DNA of 63,528 nt, filler included, from Reclinomonas americana ATCC 50394 (Eukaryota), in the NCBI GenBank assembly GCA_048213135.1. It is 8 parts of 4 records of this genome, joined end to end, with 100 filler letters (N's around TTAATTAATTAA, not from the genome) between each part and the next. Parts side by side here need not be neighbours in the genome. Positions count along the whole stretch, not along the records: positions 42,059 to 55,265 come from PS015560.1; positions 55,366 to 58,788 come from PS015560.1; positions 58,889 to 63,528 come from PS015561.1; 5 more parts are not named here. One strand, 5' to 3'. A program made the translations under genes and the position numbers. Below the pieces are notes generated by a model. The model worked only from the letters and a program-made list of their open reading frames with translations. It did no database searches and was not told where the DNA came from. Of this stretch, positions 53,657 through 63,528 are shown piece after piece (the stretch's first letter is position 1; every line of letters begins with the position of its first letter).

Positions 53657-54840
53657 CCTCCATTCAAGAACGACGACCACCAAAACGCGTAGTTGTCGTT
53701 GGTCAGCTGGAAGTACGTCAGGGCGACCGACACGCAGCTGACTACCACCGTCAGGATGACAAACATGAGCAGCACGATAATGTACGGCGTGTACTGGTGC
53801 CGACCCCACACGCTCATGAAGATGTAGTACAGCTCCACGTAGATGGCGGAGAACGGCAAAAAGCCGGCCACCAACATCTGCACGGGCCGACTCATGAACC
53901 TGCACACGCCAGTGAGTGACTCTTGTCCGCCTTCCTCCTTCCCTTCCTCTCTCTCCTTCTCTTACTCCGCCTGTCTGCCTCTGTAGTTGCCTTTCAGTTT
54001 CTCCCTCTTATCGTCTCTCTCTCTCTCCCTCTCTCTCTCTCTTACTCCCTCCGTCTGTCCCCCTCACCACGGCATGGGCGGAATGACCGAGGCCGCCTGC
54101 CGCGGCCGACAAGGCCGCGAGAAGGGCTCAGCCGTGCGCTTCCCGTGGAAGGAGCCCAGCAGCGTCAACGGAAACGTCACCAACGCCAACAGCAGAATGA
54201 AGGAGAGTGCCGTGCGGAAGGGCAGTGCGGCCGTGGAGCCGTACGTGACCGCCACAGAATTCAACACGCTCCACACCGCAAAGGCCGGCACCGAGAACAT
54301 GCAAAACGTCAACAGCACATTCTTCACCCAGTCCTCCTTGCGACCCTCCATCTTTTTGAAGAACGAGGCCGACGTGTAGCCGGCCACGCTGCCCGTCAGT
54401 GCGTACGACACGATAATGGCCGCGTACAGCGTGCCGCGTGTGTACTCGTAGAACACGCCGAGCGTCGTCAGCGACATCACCAGCATCGACAGCACGTACA
54501 ACTGCAGGCCGACACCACACAGCGCCGCAAAGAGGTTCTTGTGCGGTGGAAAGCGGAACACGTCACGCGCCAGCTTCTTCCATCCCGTCTCCAGCTTCTC
54601 ATCCTCCAAATCCACTGTGGCGTACATCTGGTAGTCGCGGTTGAGGATGCGCATCATGAGGAACACCAGCGCGCCCGTCAGCAGCACGACCACGACCAGC
54701 GAGTTGAGGATGGAGAACCACTGAATCTCCAACTCCTTCCCACTCGGCAGACTCGCCAGGCGAGTCACGCGGTCGTCGTAGGAGAGCGGTGAGTCGTGCC
54801 ACTGTGCTGAGTAGGTGAACTCGAGGACCATCGGTTTTAC
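53657..54840 (-). CDS. TM9SF middle exons on an inverted contig
   Basis: LEIQWFSILNSLVVV, ETGWKKLARDVFRFP, GFLPFSAIYVELYYIF and LTYFQL..WWSSFLNGG. Splice phases match the + strand exons on either side. Confidence 0.88.
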
Positions 54841-55803
54841 CTGCAAGGCGGGGGAGGGGAAGGATGAGAAGGGAGACAGATAAAGGTGGGTGGGATAGGG
54901 ACTCTTCTGCGGCGAATGACAGCTATGACTGAAGAGAACGGGAGCGAAAGACAGCAATTGCGAAGCAGAGACATTTTGGTTGCGAGAAGGGCAGAGAGGG
55001 CAACAGAGAGAGAGAGAGGAGTACATGGATGTCGGCACTGATAATGATGATGGGGATCGCAGAGGTGCAGAAAGAGAACGGACAAGGGAGAGAGAGAGAG
55101 ACACACACACACACACACACACACAGACAGAAAGACAGATAGAGATAGAAAGAGAGGCCAGAAAGAGGGCGCGGACAGAGATGCTGAAGACAGATGTGCA
55201 AAAAAAGACTGCATGCATGGATCACAGACTTGCGGTGCAGAGGAAAAATCGAAGGAGAGAGAGAANNNNNNNNNNNNNNNNNNNNNNNNNNNNNNNNNNN
55301 NNNNNNNNNTTAATTAATTAANNNNNNNNNNNNNNNNNNNNNNNNNNNNNNNNNNNNNNNNNNNNAAAGAGGGGAGGGAGAAGAGCGCTGAAGGACAGGG
55401 AGAGTGAGGGAGAGAGAAGGAGAGAGAGAGTGAGAGAAGGACAGGGAGAGTGAGAGGGAGAGAAGGTGAGAGAGTGAGAGAGAAGGAGAGAGAGAGAGAG
55501 TAAGCAGAGAAGTACGTCTCACCTGTGTTCAGGGAGCGACAAGGGGAGCACACGTCAGCGAGCGACAGAGGGGAGCGTTTCAGCTGTTGCTGTGCAGTGA
55601 GTGCAGTCTTCCTCTCTCACTGTTATCTCATCCGCTTCTGAGCCCTCTTCTCTCTTTCTCTCCCGACTAGCGAGGCTGAGAGGATGAGAGGGAGACGAGA
55701 ATGAGAGATGAAAGGGAGAGCAAGACAGAGAGAGGGGGAACGAGGCACAGAGAGGAGAGCTGCGATGTTGTGTATCATGACTGAACCCATCCTCCGTGCA
55801 CAG

Positions 55804-56005
55804 ATCAACAGCACTCTTCGCCTTTGCCTACAGCTTCTTCTTTGTGTCGTTCGAGAGCGACATGGGCGGCGTGGTGCAACTCTCCTTCTACTTTGGCTAC
55901 AATCTACTCGTGTGCTGGGCGTTCTTCCTCATTCTCGGCACCGTCGGCTTCTACTCGTCGCTGGTGTTTGTACGAAAGATCTACAAGAACGCCAAACCCG
56001 ACTGA
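55804..56005 (+). CDS. TM9SF last exon
   Basis: STALFAFAYSFFF..MGGVVQLSFYFGY..LGTVGFYSSLVFVRKIYKNAKPD*, with the KxD C-terminal motif. Confidence 0.9.
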
Positions 56006-56145
56006 GCGAACGCACCTCATTAAAACTACAGCAACGTAAATCTCCATCAGCCACACTTTACACCACACGCACACAAAACGAGTCGCCTGCACGCATCAAT
56101 CGCGACTTGCACAAACAATCAACAACAAAAAAACAAACAACAAGC

Positions 56146-56449
56146 TCATCGGCTGGCCTGCTTCTTCTTGCCGAGACTGACCGTCTCTCTCTTGAGCACT
56201 TGCAGAAGCGTGTTGGACGACTCCAAAATCTGTGCAGCGGTAGAGATACAGGAGTCAGAGGGAGGAAGAAAAGAGAGAGAGAAGAGAGACAAGGAATGGA
56301 GTGCAGGATAAGGTGCAGAAAGGTGTGCCGATCCTTAGTGTGCATGTGTGAAGGCGAGAAAGAGAGAGCGAAGGGACACAGAGAAAGAGAATGCAGTTCA
56401 AGAGGCTGAGAGCGAAGGATAACGCACGCCAAAAGGTGTGCCGATCTTC

Positions 56450-56482
<33 letters not shown>

Positions 56483-56576
56483 AGGAGAGAGAGAGGGTGT
56501 GAGAGAGAAAGAGAATGCAGTTCAAGAGGCTGAGAGAGCGAAGGATAACGCACGCCTAAAGGTGCGCCGATCTTCA

Positions 56577-56616
<40 letters not shown>

Positions 56617-56682
56617 AAGAGAATGCAGCTCAAGAGGCTGAGAGAGCGAAGGATAACGAGAGCCTACAGGTGTGCCACTCCT

Positions 56683-56745
<63 letters not shown>

Positions 56746-57325
56746 TGAGAGAGAGAGAGAGAGAAAGAGAGTTAGAAAGTGAGGGCCTCACCTTTGTGTA
56801 CGCCGACTCCGTGTCAATGATTGTCTTGTCGTACTCGCGCAGCGACTGCTCTTTCCGCGCCAACGAGTCCACAATGCGGTGCAATCGGTCGTTCAGGATC
56901 TTGATGTCGTTCTCGATCTGTTGCAGAGAGAGAGACACACAAACAAAGTGAGACAAAATTAGAACGCAGCTTCTTCGTGTGTCATCGTATTACCTTGAGC
57001 TTCTCCTCCTGCTCCTTGGCCATCTGCCGTGACACCTCTTCCCGCTTTCCGCGGAGGTCCTCAATGCCTGTGAGTGAGTCACAGTGAGTCAGAGTGCGAG
57101 ATGGCAACACAACCGCCACTCTCTTCACTCCTGACACGCACACACACGCACACACAGACGCGCGTGCTCTCACATGCGCACATACACACACAGTGGCAAG
57201 TGCGCTCGACACACACACACACACACAGAGTGCACAGACGCGTGCTTGCGTGAGTAAAGTTTGACGCAACACTTGACCAACTCATTGTTGGTGGCCTGCA
57301 GGTTGGCTCCACTCGACGACGCCAT
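56146..57325 (-). CDS. SSNA1: SSNA1/NA14/DIP13 centriolar-axonemal coiled-coil protein, 4 exons
   Basis: [71 protein letters not shown]. Confidence 0.93.
56320..56745. repeat. Intronic tandem repeat, about 110-120-bp unit, 3 copies plus a partial copy
   Basis: GAGAAAGAGAATGCAG(T/C)TCAAGAGGCTGAGAG(AG)CGAAGGATAACG..AGGTG(T/C)GCC recurs near 56381, 56503 and 56613, separated by (GT)n/(GA)n. Confidence 0.9.
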
Positions 57326-57754
57326 TTCCACTCTGCACACCTCGCACAGTCAGCAAACACACACCAGAAAGTGAGAGAGAGAGAGAGAGCGATGAGGCAC
57401 GCGCACTGACCTCAAAAAACGCTCAAGTCCGCCGAGTGGAACGGACCGTGGAAACGACTTTCATCTCGCGTTTGTCTTGCGTGCGCGCTTCTGCAAGTGA
57501 GGCCAGCAGCTGCACCAGAATCAGACCGGTGGAGGGACCCGGTTGGTGGATTTGAGCGGTGCGTGTGTGTGTGCGTGTGCGAAAGAAAAAAGTGGTGAAA
57601 ATGTCGCGCTCTTTTCCGCTCACACTCTTCCCTGCACACACACACACACAGTGAATCAAGTGAGCGTCAGCTTCCGTACGCTGGCAGTGGAGTGAGCAGT
57701 CAGCAAGCAAGTGCGCGCAGCAACAGTAACAACAACAACAACAACAACAAGGGA

Positions 57755-59997
57755 ATGCCAGCAGGTGGAAGTGGTGCTGCGGCTGCAGCGGCCGAGGAGA
57801 ATGGCGAGAAGAAGCAAAAGACACGAGAGCCCGATAGCAGTTGCGTTGTTATGTGCCTTTGCTTGGGTGTGTTTTGACGGATGCTCAATTCTGTTTGTTG
57901 TTGTGCGTGTGTCACAGAGTCCAAGTTCAAGCAACAGCGCTTGTGGGCGTGGCAGCCGGTGCTGTCGCCGGCGTGGGTGATTGGCACGTTTGTGTTCTTT
58001 GGAGTGTTTTTCGTGCCACTGGGAGCGGCGATTTTGGTGGCCAGTCGAGGAGTTGCGCAGGGAGGGAAGAGAGAGAGGGAGACGTGGAAGATGATGCACT
58101 GTCGTCCGCTTCAAGTGTTCTCTGCCATCAGTCTCTGTTGGCTCGTCTTTCGTGCTCCATTGCACAGCGGTGACACGCGGATCTCTCGATGGATTCGCTG
58201 TGTCTCAGTTGGCTTGCCTTTCGTATTACTTCAGCGATGTCATCGTCCGCGTTGCACCTACAGTCTCCCGTGTTCGATGCCTCATTGCATCGTATTCTCT
58301 TTGTGTCTGCGCACGAAGTCTTCCGCTGGCTTGTCTTTCGTGCTCCATTGCACAGCGGTGACACGCGGATCTCGCGACTCAGCCTTTGATCTCAGTTGGC
58401 TTGCCTTTCGTGTTACATTCAGCGATCGCATGCCATCGGCGTTGCACCTGCTCTGCTCTCTTCACTGTGCCCACAGTCTCCGTGTTTGATGCCTCTTCTG
58501 TGTCGCCTTCACTCATGTGTCTGCGCGTTCAGTCTCAGTGGCTTGTCTTTCGTTCTGCTCTGTCCCCGTGTCGTCTTCACTCTTGTGTCTGCACACAAAC
58601 CTTCAGACTCCGTTGGCTTCGTCACTATGCGTTCATTCTTCGTCAGCTGACGCATCGTGTCGCCGTCGTTCGCGTTGAATTCATTTCCCATCGACGGAAC
58701 AGCCTTCTATCTTATTGCTTCGTGTTCTGTGGTATGCTGTCCGTGTCGCATGTGCTTGATCGTTGATTGGCTTGTCGTCTTGTTGTGCNNNNNNNNNNNN
58801 NNNNNNNNNNNNNNNNNNNNNNNNNNNNNNNNTTAATTAATTAANNNNNNNNNNNNNNNNNNNNNNNNNNNNNNNNNNNNNNNNNNNNATGCAACCCTCT
58901 TGTCTTGGCGCGTCCCTTGATCGCTTGCACTTCCCTCCTCTCTCTCTCTCTCTCTCTGCCGTCCGCATCCTACCTGCCCTATTCTTCCCCCCTTCCCTTT
59001 CACCCACTCTTCCCCTTTTCTTCTTTTCCCACCCCCCAGGTCGTGGAAGCCTCGGTGCGCTACGACGACCAAGGCTGCATTGCGAGCTGCGTGAACGCCT
59101 GCATCGCGGGCAACTGTGCGTGCAACTGGCAGTGCCAGCTGCCGACGGGCGGCAACTCGCTGACGATTACGGTACCGAAGCGCATGGAGCCACCGGTGTA
59201 CATTTACTACGCGCTGGACAACTACTACCAGAATCATCGGCGCTACGTACAATCGCGATCGGATAAGCAGCTGCAAGGATCGGTGGTGACGGCGTCGACA
59301 CTCGACTCGTCGTGCTCCCCCGTCACGGGCCTGAAGGGTGCCGACTCGCAACCGCTGGAGACGTACTCGCCGTGCGGCCTGATTGCGTGGTCCATGTTCA
59401 ACGACACCATCTCTCTGCTGCCGCCGGGCGGCGGTGCACCGCTCTGCGACGGTGGCAACCCCTCGGGAGCGTGCACGGGCACAGGCATTGCGTGGCCGGC
59501 CGATGTCGACACCAAGTTCAAGGCACCACCGCCGGGCCAGTACCTCACCAACCCCAGCACCTACCTCAACGAGCCCACGCATGTGATTCCACTGCAGACG
59601 AGTGAGGTGCGCATATGACAGATGATTGCTGTGACGCGCACACAGACAGAGGGATAGTGCGCCGACACGATTTCTCTTTTTCTTTGGGCAGGATTTGATG
59701 GTGTGGATGCGCACGGCGGCGCTGCCGAATTTCCGCAAGCTGTACCGCATCTACAACGCACCGCTGGATGCCGGCACGTACAATCTGCAAATCACAGAGC
59801 GCTACGATGTGTCACGCTTCTCGGGCAAAAAGTACGTCATCTTGTCGACCTCGTCGTGGGTGGGTGGCAAGAACGACTTCCTCGGCATCGCCTTTATCGT
59901 GGTGGGCTCGCTGTCGTTCGCGGCCGGCGTCGTCTTCTGCATAATGTCGTGGAGACGGTGGAGGCACCGTGAGCGCGGCCAGCTCAAGTACCACTGA
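57755..59997 (+). CDS. CDC50: CDC50/LEM3/ALIS flippase beta-subunit, 4 exons
   Basis: SKFKQQRLWAWQPVL, PVYIYYALDNYYQNHRRYVQSRSDKQL, PCGLIAWSMFNDT, VWMRTAALPNFRKLY and SSWVGGKNDFLGIAF. The gene crosses the spacer at 58789-58888. Confidence 0.95.
58139..58600. repeat. Intronic tandem duplication, about 188-bp unit, 2 copies plus a partial copy
   Basis: TGGCT(C/T)GTCTTTCGTGCTCCATTGCACAGCGGTGACACGCGGATCTC at about 58139 and 58327, with a third partial start at about 58539. Confidence 0.9.
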
Positions 59998-60934
59998 TGA
60001 GGAGAGGGGTACTTCTTCTGTTTTTCTCTTCTTCTTCTCCTTCTTCGTCGTCCCTCTGCTGTCTGTCTGTTCAACCTCGTCATTTGGTATGTATCGCTCG
60101 TATCATTCCTCGTTTTTTTGATAGGCCACGCACATGTGCGCGCGCAGGTCTCGCGATCTTGTATTGAAGCGGCCCGCTGTCTTGTGTACGATGTGTTGAA
60201 AGATTTCATTGTGATTATTGGTCCATGCTCATGGAGTTGCCTGTGGCATGCAAGGGAGGAGAGGTGGGCACGGGGGAGAGACGGGGGGAGAAGTGATGAT
60301 TGATTGTTTCGAACCTGATTGCCATCCCATCGAGTAGCCTTGCGCGAACTGTGGCAAGAGAGGGCATCAGCAGGGCACGGAGGAGGGAAGATGTACAGGC
60401 ACACACCTGCGGAGTGGCTCCCATTGGGATCTGCATCGATTCGCCACCCTGCCAGTGATGATGACGACGACGACAGTGAGGAAAACAGTTAACGCACACG
60501 CAAGGGAGGCTCGCACGTACCTCTGCCGCGGACCTGTTGTGCCGTACACACATGCACACACAGAGTCACACAAGTGAGTGACGCTGGCCGCGAACGTTCT
60601 CACACGACTTCTCTCACCACCCAGCCTGCAGATCGTTGGTGTGAGCGGCAGAGAGAGCGAGAATAGAGAGAGTTGCACGTACACATACACACCTCGTAGC
60701 CTTCGTCTTCTGTTATTGGTGGCTGCGCATTGCCGCCCATGGGAGGCGCATAGGTTCCAAGTGGTGCGAAATCGCCGTCACACGGATCCATGCGAGAAGA
60801 TTGATGAAAAGACAGAGGACACCGCACAGGCTCTGTCAAACTGCGAAGCTTTTCCTTTGTTAATCACCCCCATTTGGCACGATAGCTCTGGCGTGGGGCA
60901 TAGCTTTGACATTCGAGTTCAACAAGATCCGAAC

Positions 60935-62522
60935 ATGAAAAGCATACTGTATGACAGTCTCGTGCTGATCGTCGTGTTGACTTGCAGTTGCACCTCTCTC
61001 CACACCGCTGCTGATAAATGGTGCTGCCTATGGCGACGGACTGCGTACACACGAGCAGCAGCAACGTTCATTCACCGTCGTCAGATTGTTCCTCGTACTC
61101 TCCTCGGGAAGTCTCCTTCTCGGCGGCCCTTTCAAGTGTCGTTCTCAAACTCGTTGGCTGCACGAGACAACGATAAAGCAGTGTTGCCAGTGAGCACACC
61201 ACAGCAGCGCGCGGATTCGAACTCGAACACACAAGTGAATGACAAGAGAAAAGACACGAACCAGACTCCCAGCCGGAGACGTAGCCTGTGCTTTGACAGT
61301 GGGCACTGTGCGTTAGTCACAGCTACATACTCAAGTTAAGCAGCAGCGACAACGAGAAAGACCTTCGGCGTACTGCACATCGAACACACTCATGTAAGCA
61401 ATCACAGCGCCTTCACATGCAGCACACACGCATAGAAAACGCAACGTTCTGGGAGACGCCCGTCGGCACCTGCATCGGCTGGTTAGCCTCCGCAGCCCAG
61501 CTGCGCCAGCACACGACGCACGAGTGAGTGCGAGAAGGTTCCCAATCAATCCCGGTTTTCGCCCCTCCGCCTCATTTGCCACCACACACGCACATGCACA
61601 CATGAGGAGGAGAGAAACATGCGCGCAAACGTACCTGCCAGCCTGTGCATCGTGAAGAGCAGTCAGCATTAGAGTGAAAAAACACGGGTTGTCTGCCTCA
61701 TTTCTCACTCTTTTTATCTCCTTTTTTCGCTGCTCACCATGTAGCCCTGATTGCCGACGTATGTGTCTTGCGGGTCCATTCTACGCGCGCGAATGTGTGT
61801 TTGTGTGAGGGGGACAAGGACTGTGGGCGAGCCGACGACGTGATTGTCACGTTGACGTCATCGAGGGGGGGGGGGGGGNNNNNNNNNNNNNNNNNNNNGG
61901 CACGGAGGTTGGGGTGTCGGGGTGCAGTACTTTTTTCCCCACCGGGTGCGGGGTACTGTCGACCAGAAAAAGAAGGGGACGGGGTGCTTCCCAACATTGG
62001 CTTCTGGGGTGCAGCCGTACCCCTTGTTCGCGGCCGCGGTCGAAGTCGACACTCTTTCATCATTCCTCAGGCATGTCCTTGGTGCGGCGTTCTCTTTCCA
62101 GCTGTGGTATGTGTGAGTGTGTGCGTGTGTGTCTCGCACACAGACACACACAGAGATACTCATCATCGTTTCCCTCTTTCCTCCTGAACAGCCCGTGGGC
62201 CGCCACTGCCGGCTCCAACGCCATCTACTACATTGGCAGCACCCAGGCCACCATCTGGCTGCAGCTTCCGACCGATCTCGTCGGCCAGGGCGCCCTCTCG
62301 TCGCAGACCCCCAGCAACACTGCTCTCACTTTCAAGGACATCAACACCTCGCTGACTGTGCAGCAGACCACCAACCTCGCCACTGGCTCCACTGCGTACC
62401 GCGCGATCGGTGTTGGCGACGCTGGTCCCACCACTGTAACCGCCACTAACGTGTCGTCTGGCACGTGGCGCGGCTACACGCTGAGCGCACTCGCCGCCTC
62501 TGACGCCGTCACTGGCCAGGGC
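60935..62522 (+). CDS. Probable secreted/surface Thr-Ala-Ser-rich protein, 5' exons
   Basis: Signal-peptide-like MKSILYDSLVLIVVLTC at 60935 (tentative). A clear coding exon at 62192-62522 (PWAATAGSNAIYYIGSTQATIWLQLP..) follows a GT-AG intron. Confidence 0.45.
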
Positions 62523-62890
62523 NNNNNNNNNNNNNNNNNNNNNNNNNNNNNNNNNNNNNNNNNNNNNNNNNNNNNNNNNNNNNNNNNNNNNNNNNNNNNN
62601 NNNNNNNNNNNNNNNNNNNNNNNNNNNNNNNNNNNNNNNNNNNNNNNNNNNNNNNNNNNNNNNNNNNNNNNNNNNNNNNNNNNNNNNNNNNNNNNNNNNN
62701 NNNNNNNNNNNNNNNNNNNNNNNNNNNNNNNNNNNNNNNNNNNNNNNNNNNNNNNNNNNNNNNNNNNNNNNNNNNNNNNNNNNNNNNNNNNNNNNNNNNN
62801 NNNNNNNNNNNNNNNNNNNNNNNNNNNNNNNNNNNNNNNNNNNNNNNNNNNNNNNNNNNNNNNNNNNNNNNNNNNNNNNNNNNNNNNNNN

Positions 62891-63528
62891 CCGGTGGTGA
62901 TGGCAGGCTGGTCAGTGCTGGCGTTGGTCACCGTGTAGGCGGCCGTCGGCGTAGCGGTAGTGTCGCCCGTGCCAAAGGTGGCCGGGTAGTTGAAGGCGAC
63001 GACAAACGATGTCGACGTGATCTGATCCACAGAGCCAGTGTACGGAGCCACAGTGTAGCCAGTCGGCGTGGCCGGTGCACCGGACGCCAGAGTCACCGTC
63101 ACGGCAGTCGAGAACGTCAGGCTGGCACCGTTGGCGCCCGGAGAGCCGCTGCCGTTGTTGTAGGCAGTCGAGATGGCGCAGCTGGTGCCAGTCAGGCCAG
63201 TGACCTTGACGAGCACACGGTTGCGCGACAGACCAGCGCTGCCGGCTGGGATACCGAAATCGGCCAGATCGGCAATGGTGGTGGCCACCGTCACCGCACC
63301 GGTGCCGCAGTCCGACTTGACGTACCACGACGGAGCACCGCCAATCACACCCACATTGGCCGCCACACCCACCCACGCCGAGGTCGACGTGATGTAGCGC
63401 ATGTTGGACGACAGCGTCGGCGCCGCAGTCGACACCTTGGTGGCATCCGAGCCGCTGGTGGTCAGGGTGCCGCTCCAGGCCGAAGCCGAGCGGTTCACCT
63501 GCGACTCAGTCCACACGTTGATGGTGTA
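62891..63528 (-). CDS. Thr/Ser/Ala-rich extracellular protein segment with fibronectin-III-like motif, partial
   Basis: Open frame with strong coding bias. GAPATPTGYTV..ITSTSFVVAFNYP resembles the start of an FN3 domain. Composition matches the + strand exon before the gap, so it may be the same gene on an inverted contig. Confidence 0.6.

Noticed and set aside
60215..60791. Possible small multi-exon minus-strand gene (MDPCDGDFAPLG..EDEGYE|GTGTGT)
   Set aside because: Some splice-like signals, but no recognisable product or consistent frame; too weak to report as a feature.

Overview
Eukaryotic nuclear DNA, not prokaryotic. It is a GC-rich, gene-dense, intron-rich draft assembly of a flagellated protist (HYDIN, SSNA1) that retains a mitochondrial FtsZ; the species cannot be named from sequence alone. 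About 25 spliced genes can be reconstructed: HYDIN, an ataxin-7/Sgf73-like protein, a mitochondrial carrier, DEX1-like, a GARP/SHLQKY Myb factor, EAPP, a divergent actin, an ACL4-like TPR protein, an RRM/NCOA5-like protein, an APC permease, WDR91, a urea transporter-ankyrin fusion, a SAM methyltransferase, MFSD5-like, a WD40 protein, an STE20 kinase, a coiled-coil protein, FtsZ, TRIC/TMEM38, a P450, TM9SF, SSNA1, CDC50 and an FN3-like protein. Seven artificial 100-bp spacers (N44-TTAATTAATTAA-N44) and many N gaps fall inside genes, and at least two contigs are mis-oriented. The most interesting signal is in splicing. About 20 introns use a +1-shifted donor (GTTGCG, also GTTGAG/GTTGTG/GTTTCG/GTTGCA) almost only when the last exon base is not G, whereas G-ending exons mostly use GTGCG/GTGTG/GTGAG/GTATG. 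One intron is best read as AT-AC with U2-type signals. There is also a dispersed short retroposon-like repeat (hairpin, (TTG)n tail, one copy with a 22-bp target-site duplication). All gene models were built by hand from reading frame, splice phase and remembered family motifs; no database search was run.
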